Part shown: in pieces, positions 21,147 through 30,593 of the stretch
Layout of the letters: each line of letters begins with the position of its first letter
Position numbering within the stretch: position 1 is the first letter of the stretch
From: an uncultured delta proteobacterium
GTDB taxonomy: Bacteria; Desulfobacterota; Binatia; UBA9968
Reading direction: 5' to 3'
Assembly: GCA_963760795.1 (NCBI GenBank)
Contig: CAVXEP010000032.1
Span: 384,001-448,000, forward strand
DNA length: 64,000 nt
Made by a program: the position numbers and the translations under genes
Notes under the pieces: generated by a model
Told to the model about the DNA's origin: nothing
The model's database searches: none
What the model saw: only the letters and a program-made list of their open reading frames with translations

Positions 21147-21236
21147 GCCTAACAAGCGCTTGAAGCTGCCGGTGCGCGTAGATTAGGGAATGAATCTTTC
21201 TTCAGCGCGCCGCAGCTTAAGCGCGGTCCGTTAGGC
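21147..21236 (+). mobile_element. attC site
   Basis: GCCTAACAAGCGCTTGAAGCTG..CAGCTTAAGCGC..GTTAGGC. Confidence 0.9.
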
Positions 21237-21254
21237 GTCAATCGAAAGGAAGGC

Positions 21255-21923
21255 ATGAAAATGACACGCGTCCGAGTTGAGGGCTTTACCATCTCGCTTG
21301 ACGGATACGGAGCTGGTCCGAATCAGGACATCAGGAATCCGCTCGGCGTGGGCGGGACAGATTTGCACCAGTGGTTAGTCCCGACACGCACGTTGCAACG
21401 GACCCTATTTGGCGCCGACGGTGGCACAACGGGGATCGATGACGACTTCGCTGCGCGGGGCTTCAAGAATGTTGGCGCCTGGATTCTCGGAAGAAACATG
21501 TTCGGACCGATTCGCGGTTCCTGGCCCGACATGAACTGGAAAGGCTGGTGGGGGGACAACCCACCCTATCACGTTCCAACTTTCATCTTGACTCATCACG
21601 CGCGCCCGCCCATCCAGATGGAAGGCGGAACGACATTCTACTTCGTCACGGGCGGTATTCACGAGGCGCTTGACCGGGCGCGCGACGCAGCCAACGGAAT
21701 GGATGTGCGCATTGGCGGCGGACCTAACACTATCCAGCAATATCTTCGTACGGGCCTCATCGATGAGCTGCACGTCGCTATCTCGCCGGTCCTGCTGGGC
21801 GGGGGAGAGCGACTGTTCGAGGGGATTGACGTGCGCGCTCTGGGATACGAATGCGTTCAGTTCGTTGCGTCGGAGAAAGCCACCCATGTTGTACTCCGGC
21901 GCCAAGGGCACAATGACGCCTAA
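21255..21923 (+). CDS. Cassette: RibD C-terminal/dihydrofolate reductase family protein
   Basis: ISLDGY, ILGRNMFGP, WWGDNPPYH, GLIDELH. Confidence 0.85.
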   Translation: MKMTRVRVEGFTISLDGYGAGPNQDIRNPLGVGGTDLHQWLVPTRTLQRTLFGADGGTTGIDDDFAARGFKNVGAWILGRNMFGPIRGSWPDMNWKGWWGDNPPYHVPTFILTHHARPPIQMEGGTTFYFVTGGIHEALDRARDAANGMDVRIGGGPNTIQQYLRTGLIDELHVAISPVLLGGGERLFEGIDVRALGYECVQFVASEKATHVVLRRQGHNDA

Positions 21924-21978
21924 CAACCGGTTGCAGCGGACGGCGCTGCCGCGCCGCCGCTGAACCGGAACGTTAGGC
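21918..21978 (+). mobile_element. attC site
   Basis: GCCTAACAACCGGTTGCAGCGG..CCGCTGAACCGGAACGTTAGGC. Confidence 0.92.
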
Positions 21979-22062
21979 GCCTTAGCATGTCTCCCGTAGA
22001 GTGAGAGTCTTCTTTAACACTGCTGGCATCGGTCACACCGAGCCCAGCCCGGAGGAGAACAA

Positions 22063-22422
22063 ATGAACCTGCAGAAAATTTACACCGCATTGCTCACCGC
22101 AGATCTTGCTGCGGCCGAGGGCTGGTATACGAAGCTGCTCGGTCGTGGACCGGACAACCGGCCGATGGACACGCTGGTGCAGTGGGAGCTCTTCGACCAG
22201 GGCGGATTGGCGCTTTCAAGCGACGACAAAATCGCCGGCAGGGGCGTGATGTTCCTTTACGTCGACGATGTCGCGGCCGAGCGCCGCAGGCTGCAGGGCC
22301 TGGGCATCGTGCTTGGCAACGACATTGAGGGTGACTACTCGACGCTGGCTCAGGTGCATGATCCCGACGGAAACCTGCTCACGCTGGCGACGCCGCCCTC
22401 GCGGCCCTTTCCACCTGCATGA
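22063..22422 (+). CDS. Cassette: VOC/glyoxalase family protein
   Basis: DLAAAEGWYTKLLG, YVDDV, DPDGN. Confidence 0.8.
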   Translation: MNLQKIYTALLTADLAAAEGWYTKLLGRGPDNRPMDTLVQWELFDQGGLALSSDDKIAGRGVMFLYVDDVAAERRRLQGLGIVLGNDIEGDYSTLAQVHDPDGNLLTLATPPSRPFPPA

Positions 22423-22454
22423 CCGCGCCAGAAGAGCGAAATCCGCGGCATGGC

Positions 22455-22513
22455 GCCTATCAACAGCATGCAGTGGACGGCGCTCGCGCCGCCGCTGATG
22501 CTGAGCGTTAGGC
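22455..22513 (+). mobile_element. attC site (left core site mutated to GCCTATC)
   Basis: CAGCATGCAGTGG..CCGCTGATGCTG..GTTAGGC. Confidence 0.85.
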
Positions 22514-22628
22514 GCAGCCGGTGAGCGCCGTTTTCCAAATGCAAGAATATGGAGTCAGAGAAGCTTTTTTGACGAGGGCTGATCCGGTGATCCGCTGCCG
22601 ACAGAATTTGTAGGACTAAAGTTACCGC

Positions 22629-22752
22629 ACGGCACGAGCCGTGAATCACGATTCCAGCTTATCCTCATCCTATTGTCCAGCGCGGCAACAATCGAACCGC
22701 GACCTTCTTTGTCGACGGTGATATGGCTTCTTCTTAGAATGTTTGCATCGGA
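22629..22752 (+). pseudogene. REP-associated/Y1 (RAYT-like) transposase N-terminal fragment
   Basis: ITIPAYPHPIVQRGNNRTATFFVDGD/GFFLECL resembles the RAYT N-terminus (PHHIVQRGNNR); degraded. Confidence 0.7.
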
Positions 22753-22771
22753 CCTTTTGGTTCAACCGGCT

Positions 22772-22864
22772 GAAGTAAGCACCACGATGATCTATACTCA
22801 TGTCTTGAATCGGAATGGAAAAGAAGTCCGAAGTCCGGCAGACGGATTGACGCAGGTATATTGA
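22772..22864 (+). pseudogene. intI: Integron integrase 3' tail (platform 2)
   Basis: [26 protein letters not shown]; the downstream non-coding DNA resembles platform 1 (GTATATTGA, TACGAG, ATTGACA..CTGTTG). Confidence 0.85.
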
Positions 22865-23045
22865 TACTAAGCTGACCAAGGATATAGGAAAAAGTACGAG
22901 TTAAACTGATTGACAGGCTGTTGTTCGAAAAGATAAAAGTTTGCGCACTGTGATTTTTGCAATCCGTAATGTATTGGTCAGGCGGCTAAGCACTTTTTTT
23001 GACCGGCGAGGGATAGATCGCCCTGCAAGTCACAGTGCGCAACGG

Positions 23046-24020
23046 GTGCGCTATATCGTCTACGGTGCAGGTTCGATCGGCGGCGTAATCGCGGGTCGGC
23101 TTTTCGAGCAGGGCGCAGACGTGGTACTTATCGCACGGGGAGATCATCTCGCCGCGATTAAGCACTCTGGCCTCACGATTGAATCACCGCTCGGGTCGGT
23201 GACACTGCCGGTGCTCGCGGTTGGACATCCGTCCGAGATCGACTTTCAACCGGCCGAAGACATCGTCCTTCTTGCTACGAAGACCCAGGACAGTGCACAG
23301 GCTCTCGACGACCTGCGGTGCGCCGCGGGTCCCGAAATCCCGGTGGTCTGTCTACAGAATGGAGTCGAGAGCGCACGGATTGCTCTCCGGCGTTTCGAAC
23401 ACGTAGCTGGCGCGATGATGATCTTCGGCAGCGCGCATCTGCAAGCGGGGATCGTTCAATCGTTCTCCGCGCCGGTCCCCGGCGTCGTCGACCTGGGTCA
23501 GTTCCCCGCCGGAGAAGACCCTTTTGTCGGTCGGGTCGCCCTCGATCTGCGTCGGGCTGGCTTCCACTCGGAGGTACGCCGGGATATCCTTCGTTGGCAA
23601 TACGGGAAGCTTCTGACAAACCTGAAGAATGTCCTACAGGCGCTTTGCGGCCCTGACGCAGAGTACAGGGACCTGTTCATGGATCTCCGCATGGAAGCCG
23701 AGTCCTGCTATCGAGCAGCGGGGATTGCCTACGCTTCGGAGTCGGAACTGAGCAGTCGTGCGCGCGGCCTATTGTACGGAGGTAGTCGGCTCGGAGATTC
23801 GTCTTGGCAGAGTCTGGCCCGCGCCACAGGCTCGATTGAAACCGACTTCCTTAACGGTGAGATTGTCTTGCTGGGCCGATTGCACGACGTCCCGGCACCC
23901 CTCAACTCGCAGCTCCAAGACTTGGCGAACCGATTTGCCCGCGAGCGTCGGCCGCCAGCTAGCCTGTCAGTTAACGACCTGCGCCAACTGTTGCGGGCGT
24001 CCCGTTCAAATTGCGGGTGA
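23046..24020 (+). CDS. 2-dehydropantoate 2-reductase (ApbA/PanE) family protein
   Basis: YGAGSIGG, LATKTQD, LQNGV, KLLTN, SSWQS..E.DFLNGEI. Confidence 0.85.
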   Translation: MRYIVYGAGSIGGVIAGRLFEQGADVVLIARGDHLAAIKHSGLTIESPLGSVTLPVLAVGHPSEIDFQPAEDIVLLATKTQDSAQALDDLRCAAGPEIPVVCLQNGVESARIALRRFEHVAGAMMIFGSAHLQAGIVQSFSAPVPGVVDLGQFPAGEDPFVGRVALDLRRAGFHSEVRRDILRWQYGKLLTNLKNVLQALCGPDAEYRDLFMDLRMEAESCYRAAGIAYASESELSSRARGLLYGGSRLGDSSWQSLARATGSIETDFLNGEIVLLGRLHDVPAPLNSQLQDLANRFARERRPPASLSVNDLRQLLRASRSNCG

Positions 24021-24023
24021 GAG

Positions 24024-24296
24024 AATTTCACCACAGGACATAGCCACTCTTTCGGAGGAAAGTATCTCGAACTGGTGCCGCACGAACGCATTCGCTACAC
24101 GGACAAATTTGACGACCCGAACCTGCCGGGGGAACTTCAGGTGACGGTAACCTTGAAGAAGGTATCCGTAGGGACTGAGGTGAACATCGTCCAAGAGGGG
24201 GTGCCCGATGTCATTCCTGCCGAGGCTTGCTATCTGGGCTGGCAGGAATCGCTCACTCTTTTGGCGAAACTTGTCGAGGCCGAGATTCCAGATTAG
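24024..24296 (+). pseudogene. 5'-truncated SRPBCC/AHSA1 family gene
   Basis: NFTTGHSHSFGGKYLELVPHERIRYTDKFDDPNLPGE..CYLGWQESL; no start, abuts the panE-like stop. Confidence 0.8.
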
Positions 24297-24349
24297 CGTG
24301 GGAGGAGGATTGGCCGCAGTCTTCGTTAAAGGTTGATCCAAAGGGGAGC

Positions 24350-24422
24350 GCCTAACAATGCGCTGCAGTGGACGCCCACAGGCGCAAACCGCGTGCGGGC
24401 GCCGCTGAACTTTACGTTAGAC
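24350..24422 (+). mobile_element. attC site
   Basis: GCCTAAC..CTGCAGTGGACGCCC..GGGCGCCGCTGAAC..GTTAGAC. Confidence 0.9.
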
Positions 24423-24465
24423 GTCACATTACGGGTCCTCCCACTCCGAAGCCCAGAACCCGCTC

Positions 24466-25272
24466 ATGAGCATCAGCAGCGAGATTCGAGAGGAAATACT
24501 CAAGCGGCTACATCGAGCCGAAGTAGAACATGAGGTTCGAATCTTGTACGCTTGCGAATCAGGTAGCCGTGCCTGGAACTTTGCATCGCCAGACTCCGAC
24601 TATGACGTCCGCTTTATTTACGTTAGACCTCAAGAGTGGTATCTCTCTTTCGATATTGAGCGCCGAAGAGACGTAATCGAGTATTCAATCGTCGACGACA
24701 TTGACTGCAACGGATGGGATATCAGAAAAGCCTTGTACTTGTTCACCAGAACAAACGGGGCTCTTCTCGAATGGCTTCGCAGCCCGATCAAGTACATTGA
24801 AATCAGTTCGTTCGCTCAGCGCTTGCGAGAGCTGGCCGCCCGCGCCTTCGACGCAAAGGCGCTGTGTTACCACTACAGTCACATTGCGCGAGGAAATGCC
24901 AGAGAGTATCTGTTCGCTGATCAGGCTCAAGAAGTATTTTTATGTTTTGCGGCCGCTGTTTGCCATTATCCATATCGAACAGGGCCTCGGCATACCGCCT
25001 GTTCCCTTTGAGGAACTTGTCGATGCCGTCGCTCCAGAGCCGATTCGAGCACCGGTCGCTGAGCTTCTGACTCTAAAGCGCACACAGGGGAATTGGGGCT
25101 GGGAGCGTCCGTTCCAGCAATCGACGATTTCATCGAGCGCGAACTCGAACGCCACGGTCTTCAGTTCTCAGGTCAGGGAAGACCCGAGTTATTTGACGCA
25201 GGTGAGATTCGGCGCGAGTTGAACGAGATCTTCCGAGCCGCCGTGCGCCAAGGGAACCAAGGTGACGTCTAA
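24466..25272 (+). CDS. Cassette: Pol-beta-like nucleotidyltransferase (YcgL/RlaP-like), two frameshifts
   Basis: [47 protein letters not shown]. Confidence 0.8.
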
Positions 25273-25323
25273 CTTTAGTTCGAGCGGACGCGCTGAAGCG
25301 CGCCGCTCAACATGTTGTTAGGC
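25267..25323 (+). mobile_element. attC site
   Basis: GTCTAAC..TTCGAGCGGACGCG..CGCGCCGCTCAA..GTTAGGC. Confidence 0.88.
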
Positions 25324-25334
25324 CTTCTATTCAC

Positions 25335-25688
25335 ATGACAACAAAACATCGAATTTTTACGACGAGCTTCGCGAGCGTCTATCCTCACTATGTCGCAAAG
25401 GCAGAAAAAAAGGGGCGTAAAAAGTCAGAAGTTGATGCCGTTATTTGCTGGCTGACAGGCTACAATCAGCGGGAGTTAGAAGGACAATTGAAAAAGCAGA
25501 AAGACTTTGAAACCTTCTTCAAGGAAGCTCCCAAGCTGAATCCTTCACGAACTTTGATCAAAGGTGTAATTTGCGGCGTCCGAGTGGAAGACATTCAAGA
25601 GCCGACGATGCGGGAAATACGCTATCTAGATAAATTGGTCGATGAATTAGCAAAGGGGAAGGCGATGGACAAGATTTTGAGGGCCTAA
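25335..25688 (+). CDS. Cassette: DUF2200 family protein
   Basis: [43 protein letters not shown]. Confidence 0.85.
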   Translation: MTTKHRIFTTSFASVYPHYVAKAEKKGRKKSEVDAVICWLTGYNQRELEGQLKKQKDFETFFKEAPKLNPSRTLIKGVICGVRVEDIQEPTMREIRYLDKLVDELAKGKAMDKILRA

Positions 25689-25776
25689 CCATGCGCTGCA
25701 GCGAACCGGGGCGGGAGCGTCCAGGTTGCAATCGGTGCGTCTCGTGGGCCAGGTCGCTGAGCTTGGGTCGTTAGAC
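25683..25776 (+). mobile_element. attC site
   Basis: GCCTAACCATGCGCTGCAGCGA..TCGCTGAGCTTGGGTCGTTAGAC. Confidence 0.9.
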
Positions 25777-25795
25777 CGACAGAGATACTTGGAAG

Positions 25796-26197
25796 ATGCA
25801 ACATCAAGGTACTGAAATCGGAAGAGCATGGTTCGCGATATGTTGGTTCGCCACTTGGGGATTGTTTCAGGGATTTGCAGTCCTCTCGGTGCTCAATGGA
25901 ACCTGGGAGCGACCAGCCGCATTTCCGGCCGGCGCATACGAGTCGCTGATCTATCCAGATATGTTCTTCATTCCTCTCTATTTTTTGGCGGCCACTCTGC
26001 TGTTTCGGCGCCACTGGCTCGGGAGCGCCCTGGCCTTTGTGGCGGGCGGTGGAATCGTCTACGCCATGATCTATCTCTTAGCTCTTTCTGATTTCTCAGG
26101 CGCGGTCAACCTGACCGCTGACGGGATATTCCTGGCCTGCACGTTTGTCTCGCTGTGGCAGGTGGGTTACCGCACCAGTCTGCGGCATGCGGTCTAA
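25796..26197 (+). CDS. Cassette: hypothetical membrane protein (about 4 TM segments)
   Basis: Hydrophobic segments; bounded by GTTAGACCG/CGGTCTAAC. Confidence 0.65.
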   Translation: MQHQGTEIGRAWFAICWFATWGLFQGFAVLSVLNGTWERPAAFPAGAYESLIYPDMFFIPLYFLAATLLFRRHWLGSALAFVAGGGIVYAMIYLLALSDFSGAVNLTADGIFLACTFVSLWQVGYRTSLRHAV

Positions 26198-26294
26198 CAC
26201 GCCGCTGCAGTCGACGAGCGGCGCGGCTGGGTATCAGGCTGATTCAAGGGTCTTGGGTGATCGCCGCTCGCGGCTGAGCGGCATGTCGTTAGCT
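26192..26294 (+). mobile_element. attC site
   Basis: GTCTAACACGCCGCTGCAG..CGAGCGGCG..CGCCGCTCG..CTGAGCGGCATGTCGTTAGCT. Confidence 0.9.
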
Positions 26295-26311
26295 GGCAAA
26301 AAACGACCGCA

Positions 26312-27097
26312 ATGAAGCTACCGCTCTACCAGATTGATGCCTTTACGGGTCGAATGTTCGGCGGGAATCCCGCGGCAGTGGTGCTGCTGGATGCCTGGCT
26401 GCCTGACGACGCACTGAGGGCGATCGCCGCGGAGAACAATCTTGCCGAAACCGCATTTGTGATCCCGCATGGGGAGATCATGCCGCTACGGTGGTTCACA
26501 CCAACGGTGGAGGTCGATCTGTGTGGACATGCAACCTTGGCGACCGCAGACGTGCTCTTCCGGAATACCTTGCCCTCGGCGAAACGCCTTACATTCAGCA
26601 CGCGCAGCGGAAATCTCACGGTTACTCGGGATGGCGATCTTCTCAGCATGGATTTTCCTTCCCGTCCCGGGAAGCCAGTGGAGATAGAAGATACCGTTGT
26701 TGCGGCCTTGGGCATTCGCCCCAGAGAGTTATATCGAGCGCGCGACTTGCTTGCGATCTACGAGTCGGAGTCTCAAATACACGACTTTCGCCCGGATTTC
26801 GGGCGCATCGCTTCTCTCGATGCCTTTGCGGTCATCATCTCCGCGCCCGGTGGAGCGGTGGACTACGTTTATCGGTTTTTCGCGCCGCGCCAAGGAATCC
26901 CCGAGGATCCTGTAACCGGGTCTGCGAATTGCACGCTCGTGCCGTATTGGGCGGCGCGCCTTGGCCGCTCCGAGCTGGTTGCAAAGCAGCTTTCAGCTCG
27001 CGGCGGCGACCTTCGTTGCGCGTTGCGCGGTGATCGCGTTTTGATCGCAGGACAAGCTGTCGAGTACTTGCGCGGAGAAATTACAGTTGCTGCTTGA
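26312..27097 (+). CDS. Cassette: PhzF family isomerase
   Basis: QIDAFT..GNPAAV, ETAF, EVDLCGHATLA, EDPVTGSA. Confidence 0.9.
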   Translation: MKLPLYQIDAFTGRMFGGNPAAVVLLDAWLPDDALRAIAAENNLAETAFVIPHGEIMPLRWFTPTVEVDLCGHATLATADVLFRNTLPSAKRLTFSTRSGNLTVTRDGDLLSMDFPSRPGKPVEIEDTVVAALGIRPRELYRARDLLAIYESESQIHDFRPDFGRIASLDAFAVIISAPGGAVDYVYRFFAPRQGIPEDPVTGSANCTLVPYWAARLGRSELVAKQLSARGGDLRCALRGDRVLIAGQAVEYLRGEITVAA

Positions 27098-27106
27098 TCA
27101 TTTGCC

Positions 27107-27171
27107 AGCTAACCCCTCGCTTCAGAACGGATCAGCCGCAGGCGGCCGGCCGCTGAGCTAGTATGTTATGC
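27107..27171 (+). mobile_element. attC site
   Basis: AGCTAAC..GCTTCAG..CTGAGC..GTTATGC. Confidence 0.8.
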
Positions 27172-27250
27172 GGCGTCGTTCTGAAGTCTTACATGACTAT
27201 CCTCCACTGTCTTGCAAATGAAATATATCTGGAACTTCTAGGATGAGAAC

Positions 27251-27670
27251 ATGAAAAAGTCGGGCGCGAGCCAAGGCCAGTCGGCATCGGAGCTCATCTC
27301 GAAAAGAATCGCCGAACTCGGGGACTGGCGCGGGGAAACCCTCAGCAGAATGCGCAAGCTCATCAAGGAAGCAGACCCGGACGTCGTCGAGGAGTGGAAG
27401 TGGATGGGCACTCCGGTTTGGTCGCACGACGGCATCATCTGCACTGGCGAATCCTACAAGAATGTCGTGAAGCTTACCTTCGCCAAGGGCGCGTCTCTGA
27501 AGGATCCGGCCCGTCTCTTCAACTCGAGTCTCGACGGAAACGTACGCCGCGCGATCGACATCCACGAAGGAGAAGAAGTTGACGAGTCCGCCTTCAAGGC
27601 GCTCGTTCGCCAAGCGGTCGCCCTCAACAGTTCTGGCAAGTCGAAACCTTCGAAGAAAGCGAAGTCCTAA
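27251..27670 (+). CDS. Cassette: DUF1801 (YdhG-like) protein
   Basis: [32 protein letters not shown]. Confidence 0.85.
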   Translation: MKKSGASQGQSASELISKRIAELGDWRGETLSRMRKLIKEADPDVVEEWKWMGTPVWSHDGIICTGESYKNVVKLTFAKGASLKDPARLFNSSLDGNVRRAIDIHEGEEVDESAFKALVRQAVALNSSGKSKPSKKAKS

Positions 27671-27731
27671 GGGATTCCGCCCCTGAACAGGTCCGACATC
27701 GGGCGAATTCCGTGAAACTCAGGCAATTGCC

Positions 27732-27791
27732 GCATAACAATTCATTCAAGCCGAACCCGCTTCGCGGGTCGGCTTAATTCAGGCGTTAGAC
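27732..27791 (+). mobile_element. attC site (classical 60-bp type)
   Basis: GCATAACAATTCATTCAAGCCGAACCCGCTTCGCGGGTCGGCTTAATTCAGGCGTTAGAC. Confidence 0.95.
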
Positions 27792-27802
27792 GGCACACGA
27801 GG

Positions 27803-28428
27803 ATGGGATCATTGCTCACATTGACTATTGTCTTCGTATTCGACGCTCGCGACGAGCGACCTGCTGGGTGCGGCTCGTGCCGAGGTGCCGGCGGGCACGC
27901 TTGAGATCCGTCTGGCCTCTGGGACTGCTTTGGAGCAAAGGGGACGGGAGCAGCTGGAACGCCTCCTGGCGACCCACGACCTCTCACGCTGGCTGTTCAC
28001 GCGGACCGTACAAATCCAATCACGGGTGATTCCGCACAGCCACCCGGTTCTCACACTGAACACGCAGTACCTCGACAACGACGCGGCGCAGCTAGCGAGC
28101 TTCCTTCATGAGCAACTGCATTGGTTTCTCGTTCAGAACCAGGCGAAGTTGGCGTCCGCGGTTACGGCACTGGAACGTCTGTATCCCAAGGTTCCAGAGG
28201 CGGCACGCCGAAGGGGCCAACGGCCGAGGCAGCACGTACCTCCACCTGCTCGTTTGTCTCCTCGAGTTTGACGCCGTGCGTGACGTCCTCGGGGAGACAA
28301 CGGCACGCGCTACACTCGGGGCCTTCGGGTACTACACGTGGGTGTATCGCGAGGTGCTCGAACGGCCCGAGGCAATCCGGCAGATCCTCCGCACACAGGG
28401 TCTTGACGTGCCAGACGCACGCCGTTGA
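27803..28428 (+). CDS. Cassette: hypothetical protein with an HExxH motif (frameshifted)
   Basis: IPHSHPVLTLN..FLHEQLHW, then STYLHLLVC..YTWVY in a second frame. Confidence 0.6.
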
Positions 28429-28431
28429 ATC

Positions 28432-28463
28432 GTCTAACAAGGCGACGGACGCCGACGTTGGGC
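28432..28463 (+). mobile_element. Internally deleted attC (32 bp)
   Basis: GTCTAAC and GTTGGGC cores kept, inner arms lost. Confidence 0.65.
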
Positions 28464-28488
28464 GGCGAGTTAGGAAGTGAGTGGAAGG

Positions 28489-29112
28489 ATGGAAGCTGAA
28501 GAATCAGAAGACGTTCTCAGGTTTTGGTTTCCCGAGCTCTCGGGCGCCGACCACGCGAGGATGGTCCGCCAATTTGAGTGGTGGTTTCGCGGTGGCGCGG
28601 ATTCTGCCATTGTTGAACGGTTTGCCCAGCTGCTGGAGCGTGCGACGCGCGGCGAACTCGATCACTGGTCTCAGTGGCCACGACCGCGGCTGGCGCTGAT
28701 CATCGTTCTGGACCAGTTCTCCCGCTCCCTGTTTCGGGACACGGCGCGGGCGTTCGCACAAGATCCGAAAGCCCTCGCGCTCGCGCTTGAAGGAATTGAA
28801 ATCGGTCACTATGCGGCTCTAAACACTCCTTGGGAGAAGACCTTCTTCTTCCTCCCATTGGGGCATTCCGAGCAGCTCTACCATCTGGAGCGGGCCGTCA
28901 CACTTGCCGAGGAGCTTGCGGGAAGTGCACCACCGGAACTGCGCAAGATTTTGGAGCACTCCGCGTCGCAGGCGCGTGGACATCGAGATGTAATCGCCCG
29001 CTTCGGTCGCCAGCCTCATCGCAATGCGATCCTCGGACGGCAATCGACCCCCGAGGAACTCGACTACCTGGCTAGCGAGAAACTCGTGCACACGCGTGCG
29101 CCACCCCAATAG
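28489..29112 (+). CDS. Cassette: DUF924 family protein
   Basis: VLRFWF, LIIVLDQFSR, LPLGHSE, RFGRQPHRN. Confidence 0.85.
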   Translation: MEAEESEDVLRFWFPELSGADHARMVRQFEWWFRGGADSAIVERFAQLLERATRGELDHWSQWPRPRLALIIVLDQFSRSLFRDTARAFAQDPKALALALEGIEIGHYAALNTPWEKTFFFLPLGHSEQLYHLERAVTLAEELAGSAPPELRKILEHSASQARGHRDVIARFGRQPHRNAILGRQSTPEELDYLASEKLVHTRAPPQ

Positions 29113-29159
29113 TCATGCGAGCAGCGCCGCCCAACCGATGCAGCGGACCGCTTCGAAGC

Positions 29160-29291
29160 AGGCTTTTTGCCCCCGAAATGATTGACAAGATGAAGCGAGT
29201 TGATTGATATGCAGCCGATATGAGTCCTAAATATTTACGAGGTTCGGGATATCCCGCCGGACGAACCGGCGGTTCACTTTAATAGTTCGGC
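29160..29291 (+). promoter_or_regulatory. Candidate Pc promoter and attI (platform 3), replacing the right half of the preceding attC (GCCCAAC at 29129)
   Basis: TTGACA-N17-TGATAT at 29182; TTCACTTTAATA-GTTCGGC; the next cassette ends in the complementary GCCGAAC; resembles 33299-33442. Confidence 0.65.
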
Positions 29292-29329
29292 GACACTCAC
29301 GCGTTGCTCAACTCATGGAGGATCAAGCA

Positions 29330-29728
29330 ATGCTCAAGACTTATGCCGGGGGCTGTCACTGTGGTGCTGTCAGATTCGAAGCCGAACTCGACCTATCGCA
29401 AAGCAGCTACCGATGTAACTGCTCGATCTGCCGTCGAAACCGATTCTGGGTGGCGGTCGCTAAGCCCGAGGGCTTTCGGTTGGTGAAGGGCGAAGGAGAG
29501 CTGACGGAGTACCTGTTCAATACTCGAAAGAATCAACATCTCTTCTGCAAGCACTGCGGTGTCCGTGCTTTCGGAGTCGGAAACGATACGCCAATCGGCA
29601 AGATGTACGGGATCAACATCGGGTGCCTTGAGGGCGTCTCTGAAGAGGAATTGTCGAAGATTCCTATCACCTATGTGGACGGCCGAAATAACAGGCAAGA
29701 GTCCCCCGAGTTTGTTGCGCATCTATGA
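29330..29728 (+). CDS. Cassette: GFA (CENP-V-like) protein
   Basis: GGCHCGAVRF, CNCSIC, FCKHCG. Confidence 0.9.
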   Translation: MLKTYAGGCHCGAVRFEAELDLSQSSYRCNCSICRRNRFWVAVAKPEGFRLVKGEGELTEYLFNTRKNQHLFCKHCGVRAFGVGNDTPIGKMYGINIGCLEGVSEEELSKIPITYVDGRNNRQESPEFVAHL

Positions 29729-29750
29729 ACGAGAATGGCTCGCGTAAGTT

Positions 29751-29840
29751 GCCGAACACCGGTTGCAGCGGACGGAGATAGATAAAGAGCCAAGGCACGT
29801 ACGTTGGCGCGCGCCGCCCCCTGAACCGGGACATTTAAAT
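29751..29840 (+). mobile_element. attC with a degenerate right core site; end of array 1
   Basis: GCCGAACACCGGTTGCAG..CTGAACCGG, no GTT core. Confidence 0.7.
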
Positions 29841-29996
29841 AAAGCTCCCCCTTTCTAGCATTTTCTACATCCTACGAACGCAGCGTGACTTTTCTGTCGC
29901 AGCTCGATCCTGCCGTTCTGAAGCTGTTGTCGATTGCTGATCTCGTCGTTTGTGTCCCGCTCTGGTGCCAGAGCAATTTTCCCGGAGTGCCCATTC

Positions 29997-30593
29997 ATGG
30001 CTTTATCTCCCGCGCAAAAACTTCGTCCCGCTATTCCATCGACGCCGTGGACGCTTGACGAGGTCGCCGGGCGATTCGTCGAGATCTCCGGAGCGGCGGC
30101 TTCGGCGGCGCTGACGCTGACGTTTACTTTGATTCGCGAGGCGCAGGCGCGCGGCGAGCCGGTGGGCTGGATCACCTTGGCGGAACATTCTTTTTATCCG
30201 CCGGATGTCGCTCAAGGCGGCACCGATCTGGCGGCGTTGGTGGTGGTGCGTTTAGCGCGCGCCGACAGCATCGCCCGCGCCGGCGAGAAGCTGCTGCGCT
30301 CCGGCGCTTTCGGCGTCGTCGTGCTCGATCTCGGCGCCGCCGATATGCCGATGCCGCTGCAGACGCGCTTGACCGGCCTGGCCCATCACCATCACACGGC
30401 GCTGATTTGTTTGACGGAAAAAACTCACGGCGCCTTTTCTCTCGGTTCGCTGGTTTCCTTGCGCGCCCATGCCGAGAAGAAGCGCTTAACAGACAATCGC
30501 TTCGCCTGCGCTCTGCGCGTGCTCAAGGACAAACGGCGCGGCCCCACCTGGACTTATGAAGAGCTCTATACCGGGCCGGCTGGCCTGTGTTGA
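29997..30593 (+). CDS. imuA: ImuA (RecA-like translesion synthesis accessory protein)
   Basis: GRFVEISG, FYPPD, KLLRSGAFGVVVLDL; overlaps the imuB start. Confidence 0.8.
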   Translation: MALSPAQKLRPAIPSTPWTLDEVAGRFVEISGAAASAALTLTFTLIREAQARGEPVGWITLAEHSFYPPDVAQGGTDLAALVVVRLARADSIARAGEKLLRSGAFGVVVLDLGAADMPMPLQTRLTGLAHHHHTALICLTEKTHGAFSLGSLVSLRAHAEKKRLTDNRFACALRVLKDKRRGPTWTYEELYTGPAGLC

